This document shows positions 14,624-24,439 of a stretch of 35,339 nucleotides of DNA, piece after piece. This DNA comes from Patescibacteria group bacterium (GTDB taxonomy: Bacteria; Patescibacteriota; Microgenomatia; UBA8517), in NCBI GenBank assembly GCA_025999275.1, contig AP024680.1, forward strand, positions 750,522 to 785,860. Direction: 5' to 3'. Position numbers and translations under genes: made by a program. The notes beneath the pieces were generated by a model. That model did not search any database, was not told the DNA's origin, and saw only the letters and a list, made by a program, of their open reading frames with translations. Every line of letters starts with the position of its first letter. The stretch's first letter is position 1.

Positions 14624-16741
14624 ATGAACAAGACTAAAAAGGCAGGAGAGATTCTAAATCAGGGGGCAAAACTTCTAGCTGAAGGCAAGGCAAAACAGGC
14701 AATTACCCTTTTTAAGAAATCAATCAATCTTGATGATAAAATCGTTGCCGCTCACTTTGACTTAGCCTTGGCCTATATGCAGACTGGTGATGAACTCTCA
14801 GCCATCGAGTCGCTCAAAAAAACCACCAAGCTAAAACCCGATGACTTTGAAGCTTTTAATCTCCTTGGGCACCTTTATATGAATCAAAAAATGGTTGATC
14901 TTGCTCTTCCCTGCTTTCTTAAAGCAACAAAAATCAACCCAATGATGGCAGAAGCCCATTACAATCTTGGCGTTGCCTATATGCAAAAGAAGATGTTTGA
15001 CAAGGCGCTTTCTGCCTACAAAAAAAGCTTAAAAGTCTTTCCCAACAACTCAATTGTTTTTAACAACATCGGTGTTGTTTATGAAGATATGGGAAATCCT
15101 CAAAAAGCGCTTGAATATTTCAAAAAAGCAATCAAAGTGAACCCACAAAATGCCACCGCCCTGCAGAACATAGGCGCATACTATATTAAGATAGACCCCA
15201 AAAAATCCAAAGAGTATTTTGAAAAAGCCACCAAAATTGAAAAAAATTCAGATAACGCATTCTTTAATCTTGGCGTTGCTCTAAGGCTGACTGGAGACAC
15301 TGAAGGCTCAATTGCCGCCTTCGAAAAATCACTCAAGCTAAATCCAAACAACCAAATCACCTACGGCCAGCTTTACCATCAACTTCGCGATATAGTCGAC
15401 TTTAAGAAAGCCAAAAAATTGGAAGGCAAGATGAGATCTCTTTCTGATAAAAACCTGAAAGAAGGCACCTTGCCTGCTGAAACCATCTTTGTTTCTGTAA
15501 TCTACGATGATAACCCAAAAAGAAACCTGGAAATCGCCAAGGCCTGGAGCCGCTACATTGAAGAAAAAGTCGCGCCATTCAAAAGAAACTACATCTTTGC
15601 CAAAAAGAAAAAGAAAGAGAAAATCAAAATTGGATACCTTTCAAACGACTTCAAAGATCACGCCACAAGCCACCTCTTAATGGGAGTCTTAAGAGAACAC
15701 AACAGATCAAAGTTTGAAATTTATGCCTATTCCTATTCAGAAAATGATAAAAGTTACTATCGAAAAGAGATTGAGAAACTAACCAAATTCAGAGACATTC
15801 TCACGCTTTCAGATCAAGAAGCAGCAGACTTAATCTACAAGGATAAAATTGATATTCTAGTTGATCTAAAAGGCCATACTACAAACTCAAGGCTTGAAAT
15901 AGCCGCTCTAAGGCCGGCTCCTGTCCAAATTCATTACCTTGGCTTCCCCGGATCTGTGGGAGCAGATTTTATTGACTACTTCATCACTGACAAAATCCTA
16001 ACCCCACCAAAACTAAGGCCCTATTTTAGCGAAAAACTAATTTATATGCCCCACTCATACCAAGCAAACGACAACAAACAAAAAATACTAAAAAGTCTTT
16101 CCTCAAGAAAGCAGTTTGGCCTGCCCGAAGACGCATTCCTTTTTGCCTCTTTTAACCAGCCTTATAAAATTACAGAAGACGCGCTTGATGCATGGTCTAC
16201 CATTCTTAAGAAAGCCCCAAAAAGCGCCATCTTGTTCTTGGCAAAAAACCAAACGCAGGTTAAAAATATAACCTCAGAATTCAGAAAAAGGAAAATAGAT
16301 GTCTCAAGAATATTCTTTAGCCTCCCCATTAAAAAATCGGCTCACCTGGCAAGACTTTCCCTATGTGATGCCGCCCTTGACACTTTTATCTGCAACGGCC
16401 ATACAACCACATCCGATGCCCTATGGGCAGGAATTCCTGTGATTACCCTTTTGGGAAAGCATTTTGCCTCAAGAGTCAGCGCCAGCCTTCTTTGCGCTCT
16501 TGGGGTGCCCGAGCTTATCACCAAAACAAAAGAGGAATACATAAATCTTGCCGTCTCCCTTGCTAAAGATACCCAGAAAGCAAAAGAGATAAAAGAGAAA
16601 ATCAAAGCAAATCGTCTTAAAGAGCCTCTCTTTGACACCACTAGATTTACAAGAAACCTAGAAAAAGCTTACATTAAAGTCTGGGAAAATTATCTTTCAG
16701 GCAAAAAACCAAGAGATTTTGTCATCAAAGATGAAAATTGA
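14624..16741 (+). CDS. TPR-repeat protein O-GlcNAc-transferase-like glycosyltransferase (GT41, SPINDLY family), paralogue 1
   Basis: About 8-9 N-terminal TPR units. The C-terminal half aligns by eye with the OGT catalytic domain (GYLSNDFKDHATSHL, ALRPAPVQIHYLGFPGS, FASFNQPYKI, CNGHTTTSDALWAGIPV, ASRVSASLL). The ATG at 14624 is preferred over the track TTG at 14585. Confidence 0.9.
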   Translation: MNKTKKAGEILNQGAKLLAEGKAKQAITLFKKSINLDDKIVAAHFDLALAYMQTGDELSAIESLKKTTKLKPDDFEAFNLLGHLYMNQKMVDLALPCFLKATKINPMMAEAHYNLGVAYMQKKMFDKALSAYKKSLKVFPNNSIVFNNIGVVYEDMGNPQKALEYFKKAIKVNPQNATALQNIGAYYIKIDPKKSKEYFEKATKIEKNSDNAFFNLGVALRLTGDTEGSIAAFEKSLKLNPNNQITYGQLYHQLRDIVDFKKAKKLEGKMRSLSDKNLKEGTLPAETIFVSVIYDDNPKRNLEIAKAWSRYIEEKVAPFKRNYIFAKKKKKEKIKIGYLSNDFKDHATSHLLMGVLREHNRSKFEIYAYSYSENDKSYYRKEIEKLTKFRDILTLSDQEAADLIYKDKIDILVDLKGHTTNSRLEIAALRPAPVQIHYLGFPGSVGADFIDYFITDKILTPPKLRPYFSEKLIYMPHSYQANDNKQKILKSLSSRKQFGLPEDAFLFASFNQPYKITEDALDAWSTILKKAPKSAILFLAKNQTQVKNITSEFRKRKIDVSRIFFSLPIKKSAHLARLSLCDAALDTFICNGHTTTSDALWAGIPVITLLGKHFASRVSASLLCALGVPELITKTKEEYINLAVSLAKDTQKAKEIKEKIKANRLKEPLFDTTRFTRNLEKAYIKVWENYLSGKKPRDFVIKDEN

Positions 16742-19136
16742 ACCCAAGAGTCTTGCTGATCAATACGCAGAAAAAGGGATAAATCTAGCCAACAGTGGCG
16801 ATCTTGACAACGCCATAAAATTTTTCAAGAAGTCAATTAAACTTTCTCCAAATGCCCAGATTTACTATTTCCTTGGCTTAAGCCACCAATTAAAAGGAGA
16901 TCTTGAAAATGCCAAAAAATACTATCTGAAATCAATAAAAACAGATGACAAATACTCAATGTCATATAACAACTTAGGAGTCATTTATCTTGACCAAAAA
17001 GAATACTCAAAAGCAGTTAATTGCTTCGAAAAATCAATAAAATCAGATATATCAAATTCCTTTGCATATAACAATCTAGGCAATGCCTACAAAAAAATGG
17101 GAGACTCTAAAAAGGCCAAACAAGCATGGAAAAACGCCATCAAGATATTTCCCCGACTTCCCGAACCTTATAACAATCTGGGAGTTTTGGCTTACGAGGA
17201 AAAAAAATACAAAAAAGCAATTTCCTACCTTAAAAAAGCTGCTGATATTGACCCTGAGTACATTCAACCGCTATATCACCTTGGTTTTGTTTTTGCCCGT
17301 TTGAAAAAATTCAACATAGCCTCAAATTACCTTGAAAAATATATAAAAAAAGCAAAACCAGACGCCAACACTTTAGCGCTTTTGGCAAATTGTTACCTTA
17401 ACTGCGGCAAGCTCAAAGAAGCTCTTGAAAAGTTTGAGGAAGCATTAACTTTAGAACCTGAATCTCCGTTTATTATTAATGATTTGGGTAATTTATATAA
17501 ACAGATTGGGGATCTTGAAAAGGCCGCCTATTATTACCAAAAAGCGCTAAAGATAAACCCAAAACTTGACGGAACATTAAACAATTTAGGAACAGTATTT
17601 TTTAATCGCAGGCAATACCAAAAAGCAATTAACACCTTCACCAAAGCGATTGAAATCAACCCCAACATATCAACTGCCCACTACCACTTGGGCCTAATCT
17701 TTGAAAGGCAAGGAAAGTTTGACAAGGCAGCAAGGCATCTTGTTAAAGCCTATCAAATTGATCCTGAGCTTGGAGAGGCTTTGAATGTTATCACCTACCT
17801 TACCATGCAAGGATGCCTTTATGATAAATATGATTACTATTCCAAAAAACTTGACGAGCTGACAATAAAAGAAATCAAAAAAGGCGGAAAAATAAGCCAG
17901 TCGCCATTTTTAAACACTGTAAGAACTGAAGATCCAAAAACCCATCTTCAAATTGCCAGTCAAAAAAGCCGCGAAATAAAAGAAGATGTCAAAGGCTATC
18001 TTGAAAACTGGAAAACACCAAAATTTAAAAGAAAAGGTGTAATTACCCTGGGATATCTTTCAAATGACTTTTACGATCATGCCACAACCCATCTAATCCA
18101 AAGGCTTTTCAAGCTTCACAATCGAAACCGCTTTGCCGTTTATGCCTACTCATACGGACCAGACGACAAAAGCCCTTATAGAAAAATGCTTGAAAAAGAC
18201 GCTGATCTTTTCGTTGACATTAAAGACTTAAGTTTTATTGATGCGGCAAGAAAAATTAGACAGGACGGCGTTGATATCCTAATTGACCTGAAAGGTCACA
18301 CAAGAGACAGCCGTCTTGAGATTTTGGCCCTTCGTCCCTCCCCCATTCAAATCCACTATCTTGGCTACCCGGGAACAACTGGTGCTGACTTCATAGACTA
18401 TTTTCTCACCGATTCTGTAATTACCAGAAAAGAAGACGAAAAATACTTCAGCGAAAAGCTAATTTATCTGCCAAACTCTTACCAGATAAACAACAATCAA
18501 AGGCAGATTTGGAAAGGAGAAATAACAAAAGAGGAAATGGGAATTCCCAAAAACAAATTTGTCTTTTGCTCTTTTAATCAAAGCTACAAAATTAACCGCA
18601 GGACACTTTATCTTTGGCTTGAAATTCTAAAAAAAGCAAAAGAATCAGTCTTGGTTTTGCTTGAAACAAATAGTTTTGCGCCGCGGGAAATAAAAAAGGA
18701 AGCGGAAAAAAACGGCGTTAATCCAAAAAGGATAATTTTCGTTCCCCGACTGCCGCAAGAGAAACACTTGGCAAGAATTGGGCTTTGCGATCTTGCTCTT
18801 GATACTCTAACTTGTAATGGCCATACCACCACTTCTGACACCTTATGGGCAGGAGTGCCTGTTGTTGCCCTTTATGGAAAACACTTTGCCTCGCGCGTCA
18901 GTTCAAGTCTGCTTTCGGCAATTAACCTGAAAGAGCTTATTACCCATTCTGGAAAAGAATATCTTGAGCTTGCAGTTGATCTTTACAAAAATCCAAAAAA
19001 ATTAGAAAAAATAAAAAAGAAACTTGAAAAAAATAGACTAAAAGCGCCCCTTTTTGACAGTGAACAAACAGTTAAAAATCTTGAGAAAGCTTTTTTGGAA
19101 GCTGTAGAAAGGAAATTTGGGAAGGTGTCAAGCTAG
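16731..19136 (+). CDS. TPR-repeat protein O-GlcNAc-transferase-like glycosyltransferase (GT41, SPINDLY family), paralogue 2
   Basis: About 10 TPR units plus the same GT41 motifs (GYLSNDFYDHATTHL, ALRPSPIQIHYLGYPGT, CSFNQSYKI, CNGHTTTSDTLWAGVPV). The ATG at 16731 overlaps the upstream stop by 11 nt (track TTG at 16719). The last codons and the stop lie inside a REP. Confidence 0.9.
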   Translation: MKIEPKSLADQYAEKGINLANSGDLDNAIKFFKKSIKLSPNAQIYYFLGLSHQLKGDLENAKKYYLKSIKTDDKYSMSYNNLGVIYLDQKEYSKAVNCFEKSIKSDISNSFAYNNLGNAYKKMGDSKKAKQAWKNAIKIFPRLPEPYNNLGVLAYEEKKYKKAISYLKKAADIDPEYIQPLYHLGFVFARLKKFNIASNYLEKYIKKAKPDANTLALLANCYLNCGKLKEALEKFEEALTLEPESPFIINDLGNLYKQIGDLEKAAYYYQKALKINPKLDGTLNNLGTVFFNRRQYQKAINTFTKAIEINPNISTAHYHLGLIFERQGKFDKAARHLVKAYQIDPELGEALNVITYLTMQGCLYDKYDYYSKKLDELTIKEIKKGGKISQSPFLNTVRTEDPKTHLQIASQKSREIKEDVKGYLENWKTPKFKRKGVITLGYLSNDFYDHATTHLIQRLFKLHNRNRFAVYAYSYGPDDKSPYRKMLEKDADLFVDIKDLSFIDAARKIRQDGVDILIDLKGHTRDSRLEILALRPSPIQIHYLGYPGTTGADFIDYFLTDSVITRKEDEKYFSEKLIYLPNSYQINNNQRQIWKGEITKEEMGIPKNKFVFCSFNQSYKINRRTLYLWLEILKKAKESVLVLLETNSFAPREIKKEAEKNGVNPKRIIFVPRLPQEKHLARIGLCDLALDTLTCNGHTTTSDTLWAGVPVVALYGKHFASRVSSSLLSAINLKELITHSGKEYLELAVDLYKNPKKLEKIKKKLEKNRLKAPLFDSEQTVKNLEKAFLEAVERKFGKVSS

Positions 19137-19170
19137 TACACCCTAAGGGTGTCTTAGGTTGGCACCTTCC
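19130..19170 (+). repeat. REP copy 6 (hairpin only), overlapping the stop codon of OGT paralogue 2
   Basis: GGAAGGTGTCAAGCTAGtACACCCTAAGGGTGTcttAGGTTGGCACCTTCC. The TAG within AAGCTAG is the CDS stop (19134-19136). Confidence 0.9.
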
Positions 19171-19184
19171 TTACTAAATAATAG

Positions 19185-20033
19185 ATGAGGATCATTAATA
19201 ATAAATTTATCGCCGTCAAAAAGTGCCGATACGGTTATTTTGCCTACAACAAAAACGACCTTTTTGTTGGCCGCTCGCTTGATTTATATGGCGAGTGGAG
19301 TCAGCCTGAATTTGACCTGCTTGGAAAATTTATTAATCCCGGCGATATTGTTCTTGATATTGGCGCCTACATTGGCACCCACAGCGTCTTTTTTGCCAAG
19401 AAAGTCTCCCCCGGCGGCCTTGTTATTGCCATCGAGCCACAAAGAACAGCCTACAACCTTCTTAACACCAACATCAGCCTAAATGAGCTTCTAAACGTCA
19501 TTACCATTCACAAATTTGCCTCAAATATCCATCAAAAAATAACCGTTCCCCTTTTAAACCCCTATGTAAAACAAAACTTTGGTGCTATCAAAATCAGTAA
19601 ATTCAAAGAAGGAGAAATTGTCGAATCTGTTTTAATTGACGACTTTCATCTTTCAGGCTGTAATTTAATCAAGATTGACACCGAGGAAAACGAAGACAAA
19701 ATCATAGAAGGCGGGCTAAAAACAATAAAGAAATATAAACCAATAATTTATGTTGAAAACAATGAAATTCAAGATTCAGAAAGAATAATCAGCGCTATTA
19801 AAAAAATCGGCTATTTCCCCTACTGGCACATCTTCTCCTATTTTAACCCCAACAATTTCTTTAAAAATCCAAAAAATGTATTTTCAAAATTTGGCCCTGA
19901 GGCAAATATGATTTGCTTTCCAAAAACGCCAAACAAACTTCCAGCAAATTTAATAGAAGTAGCAGGGCTAAAAGACAACTGGGAAAAAGCAAGAGAAAGG
20001 CTTACCTTGCCAAGAAAAGACAAAAAGATATAA
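19185..20033 (+). CDS. FkbM-family SAM-dependent methyltransferase
   Basis: 282 aa. VLDIGAYIGTHSVFFAK...VIAIEP matches the SAM-binding motif of the FkbM family, and the IKIDTEE motif is also present. Confidence 0.8.
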   Translation: MRIINNKFIAVKKCRYGYFAYNKNDLFVGRSLDLYGEWSQPEFDLLGKFINPGDIVLDIGAYIGTHSVFFAKKVSPGGLVIAIEPQRTAYNLLNTNISLNELLNVITIHKFASNIHQKITVPLLNPYVKQNFGAIKISKFKEGEIVESVLIDDFHLSGCNLIKIDTEENEDKIIEGGLKTIKKYKPIIYVENNEIQDSERIISAIKKIGYFPYWHIFSYFNPNNFFKNPKNVFSKFGPEANMICFPKTPNKLPANLIEVAGLKDNWEKARERLTLPRKDKKI

Positions 20034-20041
20034 TAAAAAAG

Positions 20042-20560
20042 ATGAAAATTACAGACATCAATGGAATTCAAAGGGATTGTCTAAAGGTTACTTCAGATCC
20101 AGCTTACCCCGGATTTGTCAAGGTTGACTATATGCCTCACTTTAGAAAAGGAGACATTTATAGCGAATGGTATCCAATTGATCAATTCCTTGAGAAAAAT
20201 CCGGAATTTAAAAAAGTATTCGCAAAAACCAAAATCCAAGAAGACTTAGGAGTTGTTGGCTATGCCTCAAGTCTAACTCTGGTTGATCGAACCAAAAAAT
20301 GGGAAACAAATGTCTTCAAAGACATAACAGTTTGGATATCAAGAGGAAAAGGCGAAGGACAAACAAGAAAAATCGTCTCAAACAGCGAGGACACACTCAT
20401 AATAGATAAACCTTGGAAAGTAGTGCCCGATAAAACTTCACAATATGTAATTTCAAACAATGTCAACGACCCGCAAGTTCTTGGAAACACCCTGCCTGAG
20501 GTCAAAGAAGAAAAGAAAAGAAAAAAGAAAAAACTTGACTTAAAAATAGTTGTAGATTAA
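20042..20560 (+). CDS. hypothetical protein with Lys-rich C-terminal tail
   Basis: The track ORF starts at 19913 but overlaps the FkbM gene. The in-frame ATG at 20042 (MKITDING) lies 8 nt after the FkbM stop and is the likely start. Confidence 0.55.
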   Translation: MKITDINGIQRDCLKVTSDPAYPGFVKVDYMPHFRKGDIYSEWYPIDQFLEKNPEFKKVFAKTKIQEDLGVVGYASSLTLVDRTKKWETNVFKDITVWISRGKGEGQTRKIVSNSEDTLIIDKPWKVVPDKTSQYVISNNVNDPQVLGNTLPEVKEEKKRKKKKLDLKIVVD

Positions 20561-20569
20561 ATTAAAGAC

Positions 20570-21055
20570 ATGCAAATCACCAACCTCTTTAAGAAAAAAG
20601 AAGAAACAAAGGAAGAAAAATCAGCACCATTTACTCCTGTCAAAGTTCCTCCAAGAGATAAAAAAGGCAGATTCTTGCCTAAAAAAGAAAATAAAGAAAA
20701 AACAAAAGAAAAAAAGGAAGAAAAACCAGAAATTTTAAGCGTCACCTTCTTTGGCAAAGAAGTTAGAAAAGCCTACGCAGGTGGAAAATGGTATTTTGCC
20801 ATTGATGATATTTATAACATTGCCTACCCGCCAAAAGAAGGAGAAGTGGTCAAGACCACCGAAGAGTTTGAAAAGATTAAAAAAGAGGTAACTAAAGAAT
20901 TTGAAGGCATTCTATTTGCAGAAGCAGAAGGAATCAAAAAATTAATCGAGGAAATAAAAGGGGTTTTCCCCGGTCCTTTCACCCGCTGGCTTGATGAATC
21001 AGCCCAACTTCCATTTGTTCCACCACCCAAAGAGGAGAAAAAAGAAAATGAATAA
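20570..21055 (+). CDS. hypothetical protein: Lys/Glu-rich N-terminus plus weak Bro-N/KilA-N-like segment
   Basis: 161 aa. VTFFGKEVRKAYAGGKWYFAIDDIYNIAY resembles the F-x-F...R...WF..D....LGY pattern of Bro-N DNA-binding domains (weak, from memory). Confidence 0.45.
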   Translation: MQITNLFKKKEETKEEKSAPFTPVKVPPRDKKGRFLPKKENKEKTKEKKEEKPEILSVTFFGKEVRKAYAGGKWYFAIDDIYNIAYPPKEGEVVKTTEEFEKIKKEVTKEFEGILFAEAEGIKKLIEEIKGVFPGPFTRWLDESAQLPFVPPPKEEKKENE

Positions 21056-21338
21056 AAAAGTAAGATATATCCCCACACAAAATCCCGATCCTTTGGAAAA
21101 AATCCATTATGTCTGTAGTGGTGGCTGTGGTTTTGTGTCAAACACTCCCGGCAAATGCTACACCGCAGGCTGCTACCGCTATCGAAATCCGTTAACTGAG
21201 TGTCGATGTAAAGACGGATTACACCAGGACATTATTACCAGAAATGTAGATAAAGATCTCCCTCTTCCCCCAAATACTACTCTCAAAGCTGTCCCGATCT
21301 CAAAAACCAAAAAATCAGCGACAAAAAGTAAAAAATAA
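21048..21338 (+). CDS. small Cys-rich (6 Cys) zinc-ribbon-like protein with basic tail
   Basis: The in-frame ATG at 21048 (MNKKVRY) overlaps the upstream stop by 8 nt. The motif is HYVCSGGCGFVSNTPGKCYTAGCYRYRNPLTECRC. Confidence 0.5.
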   Translation: MNKKVRYIPTQNPDPLEKIHYVCSGGCGFVSNTPGKCYTAGCYRYRNPLTECRCKDGLHQDIITRNVDKDLPLPPNTTLKAVPISKTKKSATKSKK

Positions 21339-21383
21339 TATAAAAGTATATCTTTTTGCGTCAAAAGTAACATTTTTGGGGTA

Positions 21384-21413
21384 TTGACAAATAATAAAAG
21401 AGCAACCTATACT
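21384..21413 (+). promoter_or_regulatory. promoter candidate TTGACA-18-TATACT upstream of 21442..23478
   Basis: Perfect -35 and 5/6 -10 in the only sizeable intergenic gap (103 nt) inside the 19185-25738 gene string. Confidence 0.45.
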
Positions 21414-21441
21414 GGTTTAGACGGCAATCTTTTAATAATTT

Positions 21442-23478
21442 ATGGCTATATCAGACGACTTTACCATCGATTATGTAAATAAGAGGATTTATCATTCCTC
21501 AGGAACTACTATCTACACTGTAAACGCACTCTATTCTTATCTTCAGAACACTTTTGACGAACCAGAGCAAATGGATGATCCAATCCCGATGTCTGCCCAG
21601 ACTCCTACTGAGTATACCTTAATTAATGGCTGGTTCATGAACGAGGCAAGAGAGGGCTCCCCTTCCCGAAATTGCTTTGAATTTCTCAAAGGCGGAGCTA
21701 TAAAAACAGATGGTCAAAATGGAGAAATTCAAATATTAACACTTAATTCATCCGGTTATACCAATGCTGTTGTTTCAGATATAGGAAAAATTGTAAAAGA
21801 CGATGGGGCTGACACTGGTCCCCTTCTTGACTATGATAATACCAATCGCAAGTGGTGGATAAGGGCCTCAAGCACAATTGCAAGTGGCTCAGCTATAACA
21901 ATTACAAGCGGAACTGGAGCTGGAACTGCAGCTGCCAATTCAGCAACAGGAGAACAACTTTGGGCAAACATTTACACTCTTGGATCCATCGAGGAGGATT
22001 TGTCAGCTCCATCTGGGCAAAAACAGCAAATCTATATTGAACAGAACGGATCTCGTATATTTTCAGGTACAGAATGGTGGCCTGAAGGCGGAGAGTCAGC
22101 AACCACAAGGCATATTGATATACTCCTTAAAGTAAAAGAGGCTAGCCAGGAAATTGACGGAGCCCAAATTACAGTCTTCTTGCGCCATTATCAAAGCCAA
22201 CCCACTGAATCTAACCCCGCAGATCTTTACGACCACTTTAGCATTGACCTTTCCTCAGGTGGACGAAACGCTGTCCCTCTTGCTACCGCAAACGACCTTA
22301 ACAATACATCTTATCAGTCAACTGTATCAGGTTACAACGACATAACCATTGCTTTTGTTAATGGAACCATTAGCTATAGTGCAATAAATGGATCATTCCC
22401 TAGCTTCCAAACAGTAACTGGAAGTTCATCGGGTGCGACTGGAATTGTCCTAAAGCAAACCACAACTTCAGGAGCAGGAACTTTGACCTTGGGAAATGTA
22501 GTTGGAACCTTTCAAAATGGCGAGTCTATTTCAGGAGGTGGGGTTTCTGCCACCTCCTCCTCAACCTTAACCGAGGCTTACAAAATGCCAAAGAACTTCG
22601 AGCAGGGTTCAGAGTATAACTATTCTGTTATTATAGACTGCGCTGGAAGGCCGCTATCTCAGGTCTATGAATACCTAAAGTATGTAACAAGAATCGGCTC
22701 AACTTTCACCATGTACCCCACCATCTACCCACAAGGCGGTCCCCTTTCACACACCACCAAACAAGGACAACTTTATATTAGGGCCCATGAAGATACTCAA
22801 ACCACACCCACAAATACATTCTCCCCCGTTAAGGCCTCTCCTTTTGGAACTTTTGCAGGAGGTAAATTCTTCGGCGCCCAAGGTATCTGGATTGAAAATA
22901 TGGCAGCTTCTGATATTCAGAACTTTCAGCTTATTGATTCTGATGGCTCAACCAGGACTCCTCCCAACAAGCAGTCAATCACAATTACCAACCTTCTTTC
23001 AGATGACCGCGTGGCAGTATTTAGAACCACATCAGGAACAACTATCAACAAGGCAATGTACACAGCAGGAGCTGGAAATAATAGTGGCAATACCACCTTT
23101 GTAGTAAATGAGAGCATTGCCGTTGATACACCAGCATCAGGAGTTATTAGAATTGTTGACACATCAGACAACACAAACACGCGAGAAACAAGGTACACTT
23201 ATACAAGCTGGTCTGGCTCAACATTCTCCGGTCTATCTCCGGCTTTAAACAGAAACTACACACAAACGGAAGATACTGCCTATGTTCCATTTATTGACAC
23301 AACAGCAAGCGGCACTTCGGTTTCAGTTACCGTCATTTACACTACAGATAGAACAATTCTGGTCCGCGTAAGAAGATATACCCCAACTGCTATTTTGCCT
23401 TTTGAAACAACTGGAACATTTGGATCCACAGGTTATGCAACCAGTGCTATAAGAACTGTCGATTCAATTGTCAGCTAA
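21442..23478 (+). CDS. large Ser/Thr/Gly-rich protein, no signal peptide (fibre/virion-like)
   Basis: 678-aa ORF downstream of TTGACA-18-TATACT (21384-21413). No TM or signal peptide. The composition is like the 933-aa protein. Confidence 0.75.
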   Translation: MAISDDFTIDYVNKRIYHSSGTTIYTVNALYSYLQNTFDEPEQMDDPIPMSAQTPTEYTLINGWFMNEAREGSPSRNCFEFLKGGAIKTDGQNGEIQILTLNSSGYTNAVVSDIGKIVKDDGADTGPLLDYDNTNRKWWIRASSTIASGSAITITSGTGAGTAAANSATGEQLWANIYTLGSIEEDLSAPSGQKQQIYIEQNGSRIFSGTEWWPEGGESATTRHIDILLKVKEASQEIDGAQITVFLRHYQSQPTESNPADLYDHFSIDLSSGGRNAVPLATANDLNNTSYQSTVSGYNDITIAFVNGTISYSAINGSFPSFQTVTGSSSGATGIVLKQTTTSGAGTLTLGNVVGTFQNGESISGGGVSATSSSTLTEAYKMPKNFEQGSEYNYSVIIDCAGRPLSQVYEYLKYVTRIGSTFTMYPTIYPQGGPLSHTTKQGQLYIRAHEDTQTTPTNTFSPVKASPFGTFAGGKFFGAQGIWIENMAASDIQNFQLIDSDGSTRTPPNKQSITITNLLSDDRVAVFRTTSGTTINKAMYTAGAGNNSGNTTFVVNESIAVDTPASGVIRIVDTSDNTNTRETRYTYTSWSGSTFSGLSPALNRNYTQTEDTAYVPFIDTTASGTSVSVTVIYTTDRTILVRVRRYTPTAILPFETTGTFGSTGYATSAIRTVDSIVS

Positions 23479-24431
23479 TGTCTGACCTAATTAATTACTT
23501 TATCTCCAATGAAGGAAGCCTTGATAATGCAAGCCTTGAATTTGACAAGCTTGTAAACTACCTCTCAACCCTTGAAAACTTCAGGGTGCAAATAGACAAT
23601 CAAAAAGCTTCTCTTTTTTGTTTTGAATCAGGGAAACAGTCTTTTCTTGCCTTTAGAGAAAAGGCAACTTCCGACTCAATCTTCAACAACCAAATAGTCT
23701 ATTCTTGTGAACAAAACGATTGGCAAAGCACAAAAAGCCTAAACAAAGCAATAAAAGAATACGGATACCGCCTTTTTAACCCAGCCCTTGGCTTCTTTTT
23801 AACCAACAATGAAAACTTAACTGATCTTTATAACACCATTGTTGAAGAAAAATTAAAAAAAATATTTAGAAAATTTGGGCTAGTTCCTCTTTTTAAGTAT
23901 GAAAACAGCCTTGTTTATTATGCTCAAGACATAAAAAATAAGTCTGTAAACCTTGTTAACCGCCACCTTCTTGAATTTCTGCTATCTCAGGAGGAAATAT
24001 TTGGTAGAAAAGAAGACTTTTCTGTTAAAGTAGCTGATGATATTCCAAGATTCATCGCCCTTTTTGACCGCGGGTTAATCCCAATTTCTTTTTATAAGAC
24101 CGCTTCAAGCAAAAGCAATGTGATTAATCTAAGCGGTATTGATCTTGAAGAAACAAAAGAAAAAATAATTGTCACACCTGTTTTTTTTGAATTTGTCCCC
24201 TCAAAACAAGCCTTTAGAAACTCTCCCAAAACTCCTTTTATAAAAGAAAATCTAATCCCCAAAGGCGGATCAATCAAAGATTATCTAAAAGCAATAAACG
24301 AAGGATCTTTCTTTAAAGGTAAAATTATATCTGTTAAAGTAGGCCACGATATTGCTTTTGAAACCGACAGGCAAAAAAATCCTATTCCAAGAATAACTGT
24401 TAGTATATTTTTAGATGAACAAAATGATTAA
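23478..24431 (+). CDS. hypothetical protein (317 aa)
   Basis: Its start overlaps the upstream stop (TAATG), which implies translational coupling. No family recognised. Confidence 0.65.
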   Translation: MSDLINYFISNEGSLDNASLEFDKLVNYLSTLENFRVQIDNQKASLFCFESGKQSFLAFREKATSDSIFNNQIVYSCEQNDWQSTKSLNKAIKEYGYRLFNPALGFFLTNNENLTDLYNTIVEEKLKKIFRKFGLVPLFKYENSLVYYAQDIKNKSVNLVNRHLLEFLLSQEEIFGRKEDFSVKVADDIPRFIALFDRGLIPISFYKTASSKSNVINLSGIDLEETKEKIIVTPVFFEFVPSKQAFRNSPKTPFIKENLIPKGGSIKDYLKAINEGSFFKGKIISVKVGHDIAFETDRQKNPIPRITVSIFLDEQND

Positions 24432-24439
24432 AATAAACT

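Noticed and set aside
19913-20041. N-terminal extension of the 20042..20560 gene, giving the 215-aa track ORF.
   Set aside because: The extension overlaps the FkbM CDS out of frame and is Lys/Arg/Ser low-complexity. The ATG at 20042 directly follows the FkbM stop.
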